DNA of 34,489 nucleotides. It comes from a virus (Duplodnaviria; Heunggongvirae; Uroviricota; Caudoviricetes). The notes under the pieces were generated by a model, which was not told where the DNA came from, did not search any database, and saw nothing but the letters and a program-made list of their open reading frames with translations. The stretch covers positions 1 to 34,489 of IMG/VR virus record IMGVR_UViG_2671180921_000023. The stretch is one strand, 5' to 3'. Numbering within the stretch: position 1 is the stretch's first letter; every line of letters starts with the position of its first letter. Shown in pieces: positions 1 through 9,146 of the stretch. The position numbers and the translations under genes are program-made.

Positions 1-243
1 ATGTATACCTATAAAATGATTCAGGTGCCGCCGAATATTTCTGTAAAGGCAAAAGATAATAAAGCAGGGGTGGCTGCTGCATATCTTCAGAATGTTGTTA
101 ATGAACAGGCGGCGGATGGCTGGGAATTTCAACGGGTTGATACAATTGGTATAGAAGAGCAGCCAGGGTGTTTCGGTGGTGGAAAGGCTCAGTTTTTTCA
201 ATACTATGTGATTACTTTTAGAAAAAAAGTATCAGATGCTTAA
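1..243 (+). CDS. Small DUF4177-like hypothetical protein; flank gene, or prophage cargo if the element extends past the window edge
   Basis: 80-aa ORF at window start, overlaps the next ORF by 8 nt (operon-like). Fold-family guess only; ORF may be truncated upstream by the window edge. Confidence 0.45.
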   Translation: MYTYKMIQVPPNISVKAKDNKAGVAAAYLQNVVNEQAADGWEFQRVDTIGIEEQPGCFGGGKAQFFQYYVITFRKKVSDA

Positions 244-469
244 ATGGCTTAGTATACATCTGATTCTTTATTATCGTGCTCATGCGCCAGCAAGCATTCG
301 TAACAGATGTCGTTATAGCCCAAGCTGCTCAGCTTATACCTTGATTGCAATAAGGCGCTTTGGTTTTTTTGAAGGGTGGCGATTAGGATTGAACCGGATC
401 TATCGCTGTCGTCCGCCTAATGGTGGCGCTGATTATCCCCCGCATATTTGTAAATGTCGCAAATCGTGA
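236..469 (+). CDS. YidD-family (DUF37) small protein, membrane protein insertion efficiency factor-like
   Basis: 77-aa ORF with the cysteine-rich YidD-like pattern (CRYSPSCSAY ... FG ... G ... CRPPNGGADYPP). Followed by a hairpin plus T-run at 488-518. Confidence 0.55.
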   Translation: MLKWLSIHLILYYRAHAPASIRNRCRYSPSCSAYTLIAIRRFGFFEGWRLGLNRIYRCRPPNGGADYPPHICKCRKS

Positions 470-487
470 GTGCGTTGGAAAAAGAAA

Positions 488-518
488 CCCGCAGTTTTTA
501 CGCTGCGGTTTTGTTGTT
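488..518 (+). terminator. Putative rho-independent terminator after the YidD-like gene
   Basis: Stem ccgcag/ctgcgg with an 8-nt loop, followed by ttttgttgtt. Confidence 0.45.
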
Positions 519-598
519 CATGTCTGTGAGATAGGGTGCCTTATCGACCTTACCCTGGCAACCGATTGACGGGGGATTGCTCCCCCGTCGCGGTTTCC

Positions 599-739
599 TT
601 ACTGCTTACACTGTAAGAACGCCGCAAACTCCGCTCCCCAGAAGCTCATCCGTATTTCGCACAGCGAACCGTGCAGCATCCAGATGATGAGGATTACCGT
701 CACGCAGAACGTGATGGCTGTAAGCGATTTTTGCGACAT
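599..739 (-). CDS. hok: Hok/Gef-family type I toxin (46 aa; below the ORF-track size cutoff)
   Basis: Hand translation of the minus strand: MSQKSLTAITFCVTVILIIWMLHGSLCEIRMSFWGAEFAAFLQCKQ. N-terminal TM segment plus the Hok signature SLCEIR and EFAAF motif; AAGGAG RBS 8 nt upstream of the ATG; GC-rich hairpin just 3' of the stop. Confidence 0.65.
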   Translation of the reverse strand: MSQKSLTAITFCVTVILIIWMLHGSLCEIRMSFWGAEFAAFLQCKQ

Positions 740-955
740 AGCGCTTGCTCCTTTTTCGGAGAGGCGCTAACCTGTCACTTGCTTAGGGTAGACGGTTAGG
801 GCCTCGGTTAAACAGAGATGTTTTCCGGGGCCTTTCCACATCCGGCCTTCGGGTATTCCCTCCGACCATCAGCCGAAAGGCACCCGCGCGTAATTTACCG
901 TTTTCTGAGTTAATTCTCCAAATAAAATTCCAGAGTCAAAAACAGATACAGGCGA

Positions 956-1213
956 TCACATTACCGGAAACGGCAGTGACAACTGCGCATCACCCCGGTG
1001 AGACGCAGGCAGGCTTTGCCACGGAATATCCTGTGAAGTGCTGTCATAACGTTTAACAGTGATTTTGTCGAAACTCTCCAGCGTCGAGAAGGAGAGACTG
1101 CATTCCGGGTTGTTGCACTGGCAGAGTTTCCAGCGGACAGTTCCGGTATCGTTCGCTGCGCGACTGGTGCGGGTGCGGGTGCTCGCACCACAAAAAGGAC
1201 ACGGAAAAGACAC
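956..1213 (-). CDS. ogr: Ogr/Delta-type zinc-finger late gene transcriptional activator
   Basis: C4 zinc-finger pattern FPCPFCG ... CQCNNPEC; GTG start at 1213 preceded by AAGGAGG RBS. The longer ATG-initiated ORF (to 1285) would overlap the gpD 3' end. Sits downstream of D as in P2. Confidence 0.7.
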   Translation of the reverse strand: MSFPCPFCGASTRTRTSRAANDTGTVRWKLCQCNNPECSLSFSTLESFDKITVKRYDSTSQDIPWQSLPASHRGDAQLSLPFPVM

Positions 1214-1263
1214 GACGAAGACCTCCTTTTTCGTGAAGGTGAATCGTCGTGATTTTATTCCGG

Positions 1264-2397
1264 TTATTCCTGTTGCGCTATCCATTCAGGAATTTTTAAT
1301 TCCATCTCAAGCCGCGTGGTGAAGCCGCTGTCGTCGATGTTGTGCTCCACCTTCGCCAGCACCCAGTCTTCCGCGTCGATGTCGCTCTTGAAACCGGATA
1401 CCGTGCCGCGCATTTCGGGGTACAGGTCGGGGCGACCGCGTGCCAGTGTGATGGAGAACTCAGCCGCACCGCGCTGTAGCTGCTGCCACTTTGCCGCAGC
1501 GGCACGGCGTGCGGCCTCCTCGTTTTTGAAGGTTTGGCGCATGACGTACACATTGCCGTCTGCGCCCTCCATGTAATCCCCCTCGCGGCTGCTGCTTTTC
1601 TCTTTTTTTGTTTTTTGGGCAGAACCACGTTTCTTCACGCTGACTTTTTTCTTTTTGCCATAGTCCAGGTCCAGCCAGTAAGCGCGTACCCCCGTGTACG
1701 CCTGCCGGTCTGCAATGCGGAAGTGATGGCTGTCACCGCTGCTGCGGGTGATGGCGAATGAGGGCAGCGGCTTTCCGCTGGCGCTCACCCCCTGTCCGGG
1801 CACGATGAAAAGCAGTGCGCCGTTCTTGACGGTGGCTATGGCTCCCAGCATGTCTGCCATACGCGTGAGAAACGAGATGTCACTTTCCTCCGTCTGGTCG
1901 GCGTGGTCGATTTCCACCCCTGCCAGCGAAGCGCTGATTTGCGCTTTCAGCCCGTAACGATACGCGATGGCAGAAACAACCTGCCCCACCGTCACGTCAT
2001 GCCAGGACACTTCACGCTTCACGTTGAACTCCTGGCGGAAGTCTGCGCTGCTGGCCGTAATGGTGAGTCTGTCCGGCGGTCCCTCGTGTGTCACCTCGTC
2101 AACGATGAACGCTCCCTTGTCCGTCAGCGCCTCACCTTTCCAGCCCAGCGCCAGCCCCAGCTTCTGCCCGCGCTTCGGGAGACGCACGCCGCCGTCGCTG
2201 TCGTCAATCGTGAGGGTTAACTGGTCTGCTTCAAATCCCCGGTTGTCGGTCATTGCCAGCGAGATGACCCGTCGGGTTAACGCCTCGTTTTCCTCTTTTT
2301 TTCCGGTTTCCGCGTTGTCAGTCGTGACGGAAAAATCCGGTATCTTCACGCACTCTGCCAGCCCGGCGAGGTATCCGTTAATGCCCGAAAGGTTCAT
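1264..2397 (-). CDS. D: Tail protein gpD (late control gene D protein)
   Basis: Matches P2 gpD motifs (RVISLAMTDNRGFE, ADRQAYTGVRAYWLD, WQQLQRGAA). Start chosen at ATG 2397 (MNLSG); upstream ATG at 2430 is also possible. Confidence 0.85.
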   Translation of the reverse strand: MNLSGINGYLAGLAECVKIPDFSVTTDNAETGKKEENEALTRRVISLAMTDNRGFEADQLTLTIDDSDGGVRLPKRGQKLGLALGWKGEALTDKGAFIVDEVTHEGPPDRLTITASSADFRQEFNVKREVSWHDVTVGQVVSAIAYRYGLKAQISASLAGVEIDHADQTEESDISFLTRMADMLGAIATVKNGALLFIVPGQGVSASGKPLPSFAITRSSGDSHHFRIADRQAYTGVRAYWLDLDYGKKKKVSVKKRGSAQKTKKEKSSSREGDYMEGADGNVYVMRQTFKNEEAARRAAAAKWQQLQRGAAEFSITLARGRPDLYPEMRGTVSGFKSDIDAEDWVLAKVEHNIDDSGFTTRLEMELKIPEWIAQQE

Positions 2398-2560
2398 CCC
2401 GCTTTCTCCGTCTGTGTCTTCGTCCCGCAAATCATTTCACACACGCGAAATACACCGCGAGCCGCGCATGTTGTAGGAGAGCGGCGAGAAGGGGCGGCGC
2501 GTGAATGTCGGGGTGTTTTTCGGGAGGATAGTGCCACAGAAAAAACACCAGGAGGTGCTC
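2398..2560. promoter_or_regulatory. Divergent intergenic region between gpD and FI; presumed late promoters
   Basis: 163-bp gap between divergently oriented late operons. No clear Ogr-type TGT-N12-ACA site found by eye. Confidence 0.35.
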
Positions 2561-3742
2561 ATGAGTGAAACACGCTTTCACGGTGCGCGCGTCAAAGAAA
2601 ACACCGACCTCGTGACCGCGATTAATGACATTGATTCCAGTGTCATCGGTATCGTGGCCACGGCGGACGATGCAGACAGCGACGCGTTCCCGTTAAACAG
2701 GCCCGTACTGATCACCCGCGTGGTGAATGTGCTGGGTAAGGCAGGCACAACAGGCACGCTGTACAAAACGCTCAAGGCGATTTCCGACCAGACCAGCCCG
2801 AAGGTTATTGTGGTGCGTGTGGCAGAAGCCGGAGAGGAAGGTGAGACACAGGACCAGCTTGTCATCGGTGGCTCGCAGGCTGACGGCAGCTACACGGGCA
2901 TGTATGCCCTGCTGGTTGCCGAACAGGATGAGAGCATTGGTTACCGCCCGCGCATTCTGGCCGCGCCCGGCCTTGATACCGAAGCCGTCACATCTGCCCT
3001 GTGCGTCATTGCGGACAAGCTCCGCGCCTTTGTGTACGCCGGATGTAACGGCTGTGACACGATGGCGGAGGCAATCACCTACCGCGCGAATTTCTCTGCG
3101 CGTGAGCTGATGCTGCTGTGGCCTGACTTCATTGCCTACAACCCGGTGAGCGGAAATAACGAAACGTTTCCGGCAGCGGCGTATGCGTGCGGGTTGCGTG
3201 CGCGGATTGACAGTGAACAGGGCTGGCACAAGTCTCTGTCCAACGTGGCGCTGAAAAATGTGCTCGGTATGTCGCAGCAGGTGTTCTGGTCGTTGCAGGC
3301 CGAAGACAGTGATGCGAACAGCCTGAACAACAAGGAAATCACCACGATTATTCGCCGTAACGGCTTCCGCTTCTGGGGGAACCGTACTGCCGAAACCAGC
3401 GACTACATCTTTGAGGTGTACACGCGCACAGCGCAGATTCTGGCAGATACCATCGCTGAGGCGCAGTTCGAAACCATTGACGAACCGCTGACCCCGGCGA
3501 ACGTGAAGGACGTGATTAGCGCCATCCGCGCAAAACTCAATGCCCTGGTCACCGCCGGAAAACTTATCGGTGCGGAGTGCTGGTATGACGTGCTGGACAA
3601 CGGCACGACGGATTTACGTCAGGGGCGCGTGCGTATCCGCTACAAGTACACACCAGTGCCGCCGATGGAAGACCTGACGCTGTACCAGACCTTCACGGAT
3701 GAGTATTTCGACTCCGCTTTTGCAACGCTGGGAGGTGCGTAA
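2561..3742 (+). CDS. FI: Contractile tail sheath protein gpFI
   Basis: 393 aa from ATG 2561 with AGGAGG RBS; resembles P2 FI (FPLNRPVLITRV, tail sheath family). Confidence 0.9.
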   Translation: MSETRFHGARVKENTDLVTAINDIDSSVIGIVATADDADSDAFPLNRPVLITRVVNVLGKAGTTGTLYKTLKAISDQTSPKVIVVRVAEAGEEGETQDQLVIGGSQADGSYTGMYALLVAEQDESIGYRPRILAAPGLDTEAVTSALCVIADKLRAFVYAGCNGCDTMAEAITYRANFSARELMLLWPDFIAYNPVSGNNETFPAAAYACGLRARIDSEQGWHKSLSNVALKNVLGMSQQVFWSLQAEDSDANSLNNKEITTIIRRNGFRFWGNRTAETSDYIFEVYTRTAQILADTIAEAQFETIDEPLTPANVKDVISAIRAKLNALVTAGKLIGAECWYDVLDNGTTDLRQGRVRIRYKYTPVPPMEDLTLYQTFTDEYFDSAFATLGGA

Positions 3743-4258
3743 ATGGCTGTACCACGTTACGTTCGCCAGTTCACGCTGTTTGTGAACGGCAAAAACAAAA
3801 TCGGCACGGTGACAGGCGTCACTCTGCCTAAACTGACCCGAAAAACCGAAGCCTATCGCGGTGGCGGGATGCTGGGTGCGGTGCATATTGACCTCGGACT
3901 GGATGATGGCGCACTGGATGCCTCGTTCACCACCGGTGGGGTTGAAAAAGAGCTGCTCCAGGAATACGCCACTGAAATTAACGAAGTGGCGCTGCGCTTT
4001 GTGGGTGAGCTGTTCACCGATGGTGAGGAAAGTCAGCTCCTTGAGGTGGAAATGCGCGGGCGTATCACGGAAATCGACCGTGGCGAAACCAAACAGGGCG
4101 ACACCACACAGTACACCTTCGCCGTCAAAAACACCTACTACAAGGAGTCGGTGGATGACAGCGATGTGACAGAAATCGACCTGCTGAACTTCATCTACAA
4201 AAAAGACGGCCAGAACGTCTTTGGTGACCGCGTGAGTTCGGCGCTCGGTCTGAACTGA
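3743..4258 (+). CDS. FII: Tail tube protein gpFII
   Basis: 171 aa; ATG immediately after the FI stop, GGAGG RBS; P2 FII-like. Confidence 0.9.
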   Translation: MAVPRYVRQFTLFVNGKNKIGTVTGVTLPKLTRKTEAYRGGGMLGAVHIDLGLDDGALDASFTTGGVEKELLQEYATEINEVALRFVGELFTDGEESQLLEVEMRGRITEIDRGETKQGDTTQYTFAVKNTYYKESVDDSDVTEIDLLNFIYKKDGQNVFGDRVSSALGLN

Positions 4259-4304
4259 CAGCATTAACAGGGCGGCACATTGTGCCGCCACAGGAGAAAG
4301 AAAA

Positions 4305-4721
4305 ATGGCAGCAAAGAAAGATGACATCATGAACAGCGAAATCGTCGCAGGTGACACCACCACTGAAAACATCGATGTGGCAGAGGAAAACACTGCGGAT
4401 AACGCAGAAGCCGCAGAGGAAAAAACGGGGGTGAAGTTATCCTGCCCGGTGGTGCGTGGCGAACGCGTTATTGACTACGTGGAGATTGGCGAGGAAATCC
4501 GTCAGGCAGGCTCGTTGCGCGGGCTGTCGCTGATTGAGGTGCTGAACCTCAAAACGGACCCGATGATGACGCTGCTTTCGCGCGTGACCGCACCACGCCT
4601 GAAACTGGCAGAAATTCAGTCACTGTCCACCGGTGATTTCGTGGCGCTGGCGACTATGGCTGCGAATTTTTTTGCTCCCACGGAGTCTGCGAAACCGTCC
4701 GTGGCGGTGATGGAAGCGTAA
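4305..4721 (+). CDS. E: Tail assembly chaperone gpE
   Basis: 138 aa; gpE-like core (VVRGERVIDYVEIGEEIRQAGSLRGLSL); position between FII and the tape measure. Confidence 0.8.
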   Translation: MAAKKDDIMNSEIVAGDTTTENIDVAEENTADNAEAAEEKTGVKLSCPVVRGERVIDYVEIGEEIRQAGSLRGLSLIEVLNLKTDPMMTLLSRVTAPRLKLAEIQSLSTGDFVALATMAANFFAPTESAKPSVAVMEA

Positions 4722-4885
4722 TCACGCTGGCGAAGTTCGACAACGTTGAAGAACTGGTCGCTGATATAGCAGTCGTGTTTAACTGGTCGCCCGGCGAGAT
4801 ATTCTCAATGCCTCTCGTCGAGGTGATGAGCTGGCGTGAGCGGGCGGCGCAACGTAGCGGAGTCCGCAACAGTGAAATCCCTTGA
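4305..4885 (+). CDS. E': gpE+E' extended chaperone from a programmed -1 frameshift (slip at the T7G run 4667-4674)
   Basis: Seven T then G at 4667-4674 inside the E frame. The -1 frame stays open for 70 codons to TGA at 4883-4885, overlapping the start of T, as in P2-family E/E'. Confidence 0.6.
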
Positions 4886-7800
4886 TATTCGTGTCAGCTT
4901 TGGCGCAATTGACCGGCTGACACGCCCGACCGAAAACGCCCGCCGTCAGGTGGGCGCTCTCACTGAATCCCTTCAGAAGACGCAGGACAACATACAGGCG
5001 CTCGACAGGCAGTCGAAGGTGTTCGAACGTGCCGCCGGAAATCTCAGTAAATACCGCGAACAGATTGCCCGTGCGGAGCAGAGGCTCGCCGGGCTGCGAA
5101 AGGCAGAGCAGAACGGTAACATCCTCTCCGAAAAGCAGCGCGAAACGCTGGCGGCACTCTCCGCGCGGCTTGAGCGCCTGAACGAGCTGCGCACGCGCGA
5201 ACGCGAAAAACTTCAGGCGGCGGCAGGGGAAATGCGCAAACACGGCATTCTGCTTTCCGGCAGCAGCCGCACCATTGAAAGTGCCGTTCGCCGTACACAG
5301 CAGTACAACGAGCTGCTCGAGCGCGAACGGCAGGCACTGGCTCGCGTGACGCAGGCACAGAGCCGCTATGAGGCCGCGAAGGCACAGGCGGAAAAACTGC
5401 GCAACACAGGGGCTGTGGCGATGGCGGCGGGTACAGGCGGCCTGTATGCGGCGCAGCGTATGATGGCTCCGGCGATGGAGTCCGAACAGCACGGTGCGGT
5501 CATCGCAGCCGGTTCGGGGGAAGGCGCACAGGATGGCGCACGTTACACCCACATTATTCGTAACATACAGGCTGACGGTCTCGCTGATTTTGCCGGTGCT
5601 GCGGAGGCTGTGAGTGCGGTACGCAGTACGCTCGGCGCGCTGGGCGACACCGGCGACCGGGAACTGGAGCGCATCAGCCGTCGTGCGCTGGATATGCGGA
5701 CCGTCTTTGGTGTTGATGTGCCACAGGGCATTCAGGCCGCTGCCATCATGATGAAGAACGGGCTGGCTGCCAGCAGTGACGAGGCCACCAACCTGATGAC
5801 GGCAGGGATGCAGCGCATGTCCGCTGAAATGCGCGATGAACTGCCGGAAATTCTGCACGAGTATTCCACCCACTTCCGCAACATGGGTTTCACCGGCAGA
5901 GAGACAATGAGCCTGCTGGTTGAGATGGCAAAGCAGGGCAAGTTTGCGCTGGATAAAACCGGCGATGCCGTGAAGGAGTTCAGCATCCGGGGTTCGGATA
6001 TGTCGAAATCCAGTGTCTCAGCGTATGAGACACTCGGCCTGAATGCCGAACGGGTGTCTGCTGCCATTGCACAGGGAGGCAGCACCGCACGTCAGGCGAT
6101 GCAGGTGACCGCCCGTGCACTGCTGGCCATCCGTGACCCGGCAGAGCGGGCGAACACGGCCATTGCGCTGTTCGGCACACCCGTTGAAGACCTCTCCGTT
6201 GACCAGATCCCGCAGTTCTTAAAGGCGCTGGCCGATGTCCGTGACAACCTGGGTGATGTCAGCGGCGTGGCAGAGCGCATGGGGCAGACGCTGCGCGGTA
6301 ATCTTTCCGGCGATGTTCAGGCGCTGAGTGGCGCGTTCTCAGGGCTACGCACGGACATCTTCGGTACTGTGACCGAGGATTTGCGCGGGCTGGTTCAGAC
6401 GGTGAGCGCGTGGGTGACCCGGATGCGCGAATGGGTCGGAGAGCATCAGGCGCTGGTCAGAGTCCTGGTGCTGACCGGCGGGAGTGTTCTGGCGCTGTCT
6501 TCCACGTTCGGTGCGCTGTCACTGACGCTCGGGCTGATTGCGGGGCCGCTGGCAAAACTGCAACTGGGACTGGGGTTGCTGACGGGGGGCGGCGGCATTG
6601 GTGGGGCTGTCCGGCTTGTGTCCGCGCTGGCGCTGCGCCTGACGGGATTGTCTTCCCTGTGGGGACTGGTCACAGGGGCGGTGTCGGTACTGGGGGGCGC
6701 ACTGGGGGCGCTGTTCAGTCCGGTCGGGCTGATTGTTGCCGCCCTGGTGGGCGGCGCGGTTCTGGTGTGGAAATACTGGGATCAGATCAGCGCGTTTTTT
6801 TCCGGCTTTTTTGCCGGAGTGTGGGAGGCGCTGCAACCGCTGCGGGAAGCCTTTGCATCGCTGGCTCCGGTGTTCGGGCTGATTGGCGACGGCATCAAAG
6901 CCGTGTGGGAGTGGTTCACCCGCCTGCTTGAACCTGCGAACGCCTCAAAAGAGACGCTCGACAAATGCACCAGAGCCGGGGAGTTGTTCGGCAAAACGCT
7001 GGGGTGGGTCATTCAGAACATTGTGCTGGGGCCGCTGACGCTGCTCCTTGAAGGCCTCGGTACTGTGCTGAAATGGCTGGGTGTCATTCCTGACGGCATC
7101 AAAAATGCACAGAAGGAGACGCAAAAACTTCAGGAGAGCGCCGCACAGCAAAACGAACAAAAAGCGCCGGTTGCGTGGGAGTGGGATCCCGCACAGAAAA
7201 AAATGGTGCAGAAGTCGTGGGCGTGGTCATCAGATGCAGCGGAAAACAACGGCGACAATAAACCCGCAATACCTGCCCCTGCTGTTCCCGGAGAGGTGAA
7301 GGGAACGGCAGGCAATCCGGTCGGCAATCCCGGCAGCAAATCCCCGCTGGATGAGGCATGGTTCCGGCAGGGGATACAGAAAACCGCCAGCAATACAGGC
7401 GGGCTTCTTGAGGAAACAAAAAAACGTACTGGCCCCGGCGATATTGTTTTCAAAAATCTGCCCGGACCCGAAATCATTCACGGCGAGTGGAAAGCGCCGC
7501 AGGTTATCCGGACAGTGCAGGCGGTATCGGCGGGCGGAGGACTGGCGGATGTGCTGACAACGCTCTGGCAGAAACTCACCGGAAGACAGACTGTTTCGCC
7601 CGTTCCGGCAGTGAATGTGCCAGCACCGGTGGTGAATGTGGCGCGTCAGGTGTCCGCACTGCCGCAGCCGCGTAACGTGACGGCAGGCATGACAGGTGCG
7701 GTAATGGCTTCCGCTCCCGTCGCGGAGGCTATCCGGCCCCCGTTGCGACCGGAACCGGCCGGAAGGGAAGCTGCGCCACAGCCGCAGGCGGCTGCGTTTT

Positions 7801-7940
7801 CCGGTGAGATACATGTGCATCTGCACAACGTCAACACACAGAATCCGCGCGAACTGGCAAAACTGGTTGGAGAGGCTGTCCGCGAAGAGATGCGCAGACA
7901 GGCACGTACAGGCATGAACAGCTTCCGCGACAGGGACTAA
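4836..7940 (+). CDS. T: Tail tape measure protein gpT
   Basis: 1034-aa ORF with coiled-coil N-terminus, Gly/Ala-rich hydrophobic core, Pro-rich C-terminus. True start may be the GTG at 4872 (GGAG RBS) instead of ATG 4836. Confidence 0.85.
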   Translation: MSGRRNVAESATVKSLDIRVSFGAIDRLTRPTENARRQVGALTESLQKTQDNIQALDRQSKVFERAAGNLSKYREQIARAEQRLAGLRKAEQNGNILSEKQRETLAALSARLERLNELRTREREKLQAAAGEMRKHGILLSGSSRTIESAVRRTQQYNELLERERQALARVTQAQSRYEAAKAQAEKLRNTGAVAMAAGTGGLYAAQRMMAPAMESEQHGAVIAAGSGEGAQDGARYTHIIRNIQADGLADFAGAAEAVSAVRSTLGALGDTGDRELERISRRALDMRTVFGVDVPQGIQAAAIMMKNGLAASSDEATNLMTAGMQRMSAEMRDELPEILHEYSTHFRNMGFTGRETMSLLVEMAKQGKFALDKTGDAVKEFSIRGSDMSKSSVSAYETLGLNAERVSAAIAQGGSTARQAMQVTARALLAIRDPAERANTAIALFGTPVEDLSVDQIPQFLKALADVRDNLGDVSGVAERMGQTLRGNLSGDVQALSGAFSGLRTDIFGTVTEDLRGLVQTVSAWVTRMREWVGEHQALVRVLVLTGGSVLALSSTFGALSLTLGLIAGPLAKLQLGLGLLTGGGGIGGAVRLVSALALRLTGLSSLWGLVTGAVSVLGGALGALFSPVGLIVAALVGGAVLVWKYWDQISAFFSGFFAGVWEALQPLREAFASLAPVFGLIGDGIKAVWEWFTRLLEPANASKETLDKCTRAGELFGKTLGWVIQNIVLGPLTLLLEGLGTVLKWLGVIPDGIKNAQKETQKLQESAAQQNEQKAPVAWEWDPAQKKMVQKSWAWSSDAAENNGDNKPAIPAPAVPGEVKGTAGNPVGNPGSKSPLDEAWFRQGIQKTASNTGGLLEETKKRTGPGDIVFKNLPGPEIIHGEWKAPQVIRTVQAVSAGGGLADVLTTLWQKLTGRQTVSPVPAVNVPAPVVNVARQVSALPQPRNVTAGMTGAVMASAPVAEAIRPPLRPEPAGREAAPQPQAAAFSGEIHVHLHNVNTQNPRELAKLVGEAVREEMRRQARTGMNSFRDRD

Positions 7941-7953
7941 AGGAGACGCAATT

Positions 7954-8421
7954 ATGATGATGATTTTCGGCATGTTTGTGTTTGAACTGAAAACGCTTCC
8001 GCATCAGCAGATCCAGCAGAGCAAAACATGGCGACATGTGAAAAATGAGCGAATCAACCGTTCTGCGGCCTGGCAGTATATCGGTGCGGGTGATGACCAG
8101 ATCACGTTGTCCGGCATGTTGTATCCCGAAATTACCGGCGGGGAGGTGTCACTGACACAGCTGAACACTCAGGCCTACACCGGATGCCCCTGGCCGCTGA
8201 TTGATGGCACAGGGCAGATTTACGGAATGTACGTGATTACGGGGTTACAGACCACCCGTTCTGAACTGGATCGCTACGGGAAGGCGAAAAAAATTGAGTT
8301 CTCCATCAGCTTTCAGCGGTGTGATGAGGATATGAGGGAGAAACTTCAGTCTGCTTCTGCAGGCGAGCTGCTCAACAGTATGAAGAGCAGGGCTGCATCT
8401 GTTCTCAATTCAGTCTTGTGA
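7954..8421 (+). CDS. U: Tail protein gpU
   Basis: 155 aa directly after T with AAGGAG RBS; P2 gpU-like. Confidence 0.85.
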   Translation: MMMIFGMFVFELKTLPHQQIQQSKTWRHVKNERINRSAAWQYIGAGDDQITLSGMLYPEITGGEVSLTQLNTQAYTGCPWPLIDGTGQIYGMYVITGLQTTRSELDRYGKAKKIEFSISFQRCDEDMREKLQSASAGELLNSMKSRAASVLNSVL

Positions 8422-8425
8422 CCCC

Positions 8426-8459
8426 CAAAAAAGCCCACCGTCCAGTCCTGACGGCGGGC
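8426..8459 (-). terminator. Hairpin terminator in the convergent U/G intergenic region; T-run lies on the minus strand
   Basis: Stem cccaccgtc/gacggcggg with one mismatch; followed by a T-run on the minus strand (A-run 8426-8432 on plus). Confidence 0.5.
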
Positions 8460-8501
8460 ATACTGAACACCCAGCTAGTGTGTCTGTAAAGTGAGATTAT
8501 A

Positions 8502-9146
8502 TCACTGAATCGTACTTGTGAAGGTTTGCGTATCGGTGTTTGTATTTTCGTCGGGAATGTCAGGCCAGATAATCGCCTCAACGTCCGCTTTGTTGGCGAT
8601 GCTTGTGAAATCCAGTGCGTGCAGTGCGTCAACGTAGTCAAGCCACGCATCCAGTGATGCCTGCTCGTTTTCCGTCAGTGAACGGCCAAGCAGCAATTTT
8701 GTCTGGCTGATAACAAGCTGCTGGCGTGCGCTGTTGAGTAACGAATCACGCTTGGTTACCGCCGCTGTGACTGCGGCACTGCGCTGTGCTTCCGTATCCG
8801 TCACCCAGGATGTGCCGTTCCACTTCTGATATTCACCATCCGGGGATAACCAGGTGACATTTTCCGGTAATGGGCCAAGTTCAGAAATAAATAACGCATC
8901 TCCTGTGTCCACGTCATAAACTGTTTTACCCCGATGGTCTTCAACGAGATGCCACGATGCCTCATCACTGTTGAAAACAGCCACGAAGCCTGCCGGAATA
9001 ACTGGCGGTGCAATATCGGTACTGTTTGCAGGCAGACCTGTATGAGGTGGAATGTGTGCATCACCTTCACCAATAAATTCATTGGTTCCTGGCAGCAGAT
9101 TATAAATTTTTATGGTCTGTGGTTGTTCACTCATTCTGAATGCCAT
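8502..9146 (-). CDS. G: Tail fibre assembly protein (gpG/Tfa family)
   Basis: 214 aa downstream of H, Tfa-like. Start ATG overlaps the H stop (TAATG coupling); alternative start at 9134. Confidence 0.8.
   Translation of the reverse strand: MAFRMSEQPQTIKIYNLLPGTNEFIGEGDAHIPPHTGLPANSTDIAPPVIPAGFVAVFNSDEASWHLVEDHRGKTVYDVDTGDALFISELGPLPENVTWLSPDGEYQKWNGTSWVTDTEAQRSAAVTAAVTKRDSLLNSARQQLVISQTKLLLGRSLTENEQASLDAWLDYVDALHALDFTSIANKADVEAIIWPDIPDENTNTDTQTFTSTIQ

Noticed and set aside
850-870. ccttcgggt shared between 850-870 and 34040-34051 as the att core
   Set aside because: Only 9 bp, and it is a common GNRA/UUCG-type hairpin motif; insufficient to call a direct repeat.
470-955. tRNA or tmRNA gene as the integration target at the ogr-side boundary
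   Set aside because: No cloverleaf-compatible sequence with a CCA-proximal acceptor stem recognised by eye; the structured region is better explained by the hok mRNA leader and antisense context. Not searched with tRNAscan, so not fully excluded.
956-1285. Long 109-aa version of the ogr ORF starting at ATG 1285
   Set aside because: It would overlap the 3' end of gpD and has no RBS; the GTG at 1213 with an AAGGAGG RBS gives an Ogr-sized zinc-finger protein.
4779-5873. 364-aa minus-strand ORF, and many other 60-250 aa ORFs on both strands between 4,800 and 8,000
   Set aside because: They lie antisense to or out of frame with the tape measure gene in GC-rich sequence, have low-complexity Arg/Ala/Ser-rich translations and no RBS; typical spurious ORFs.
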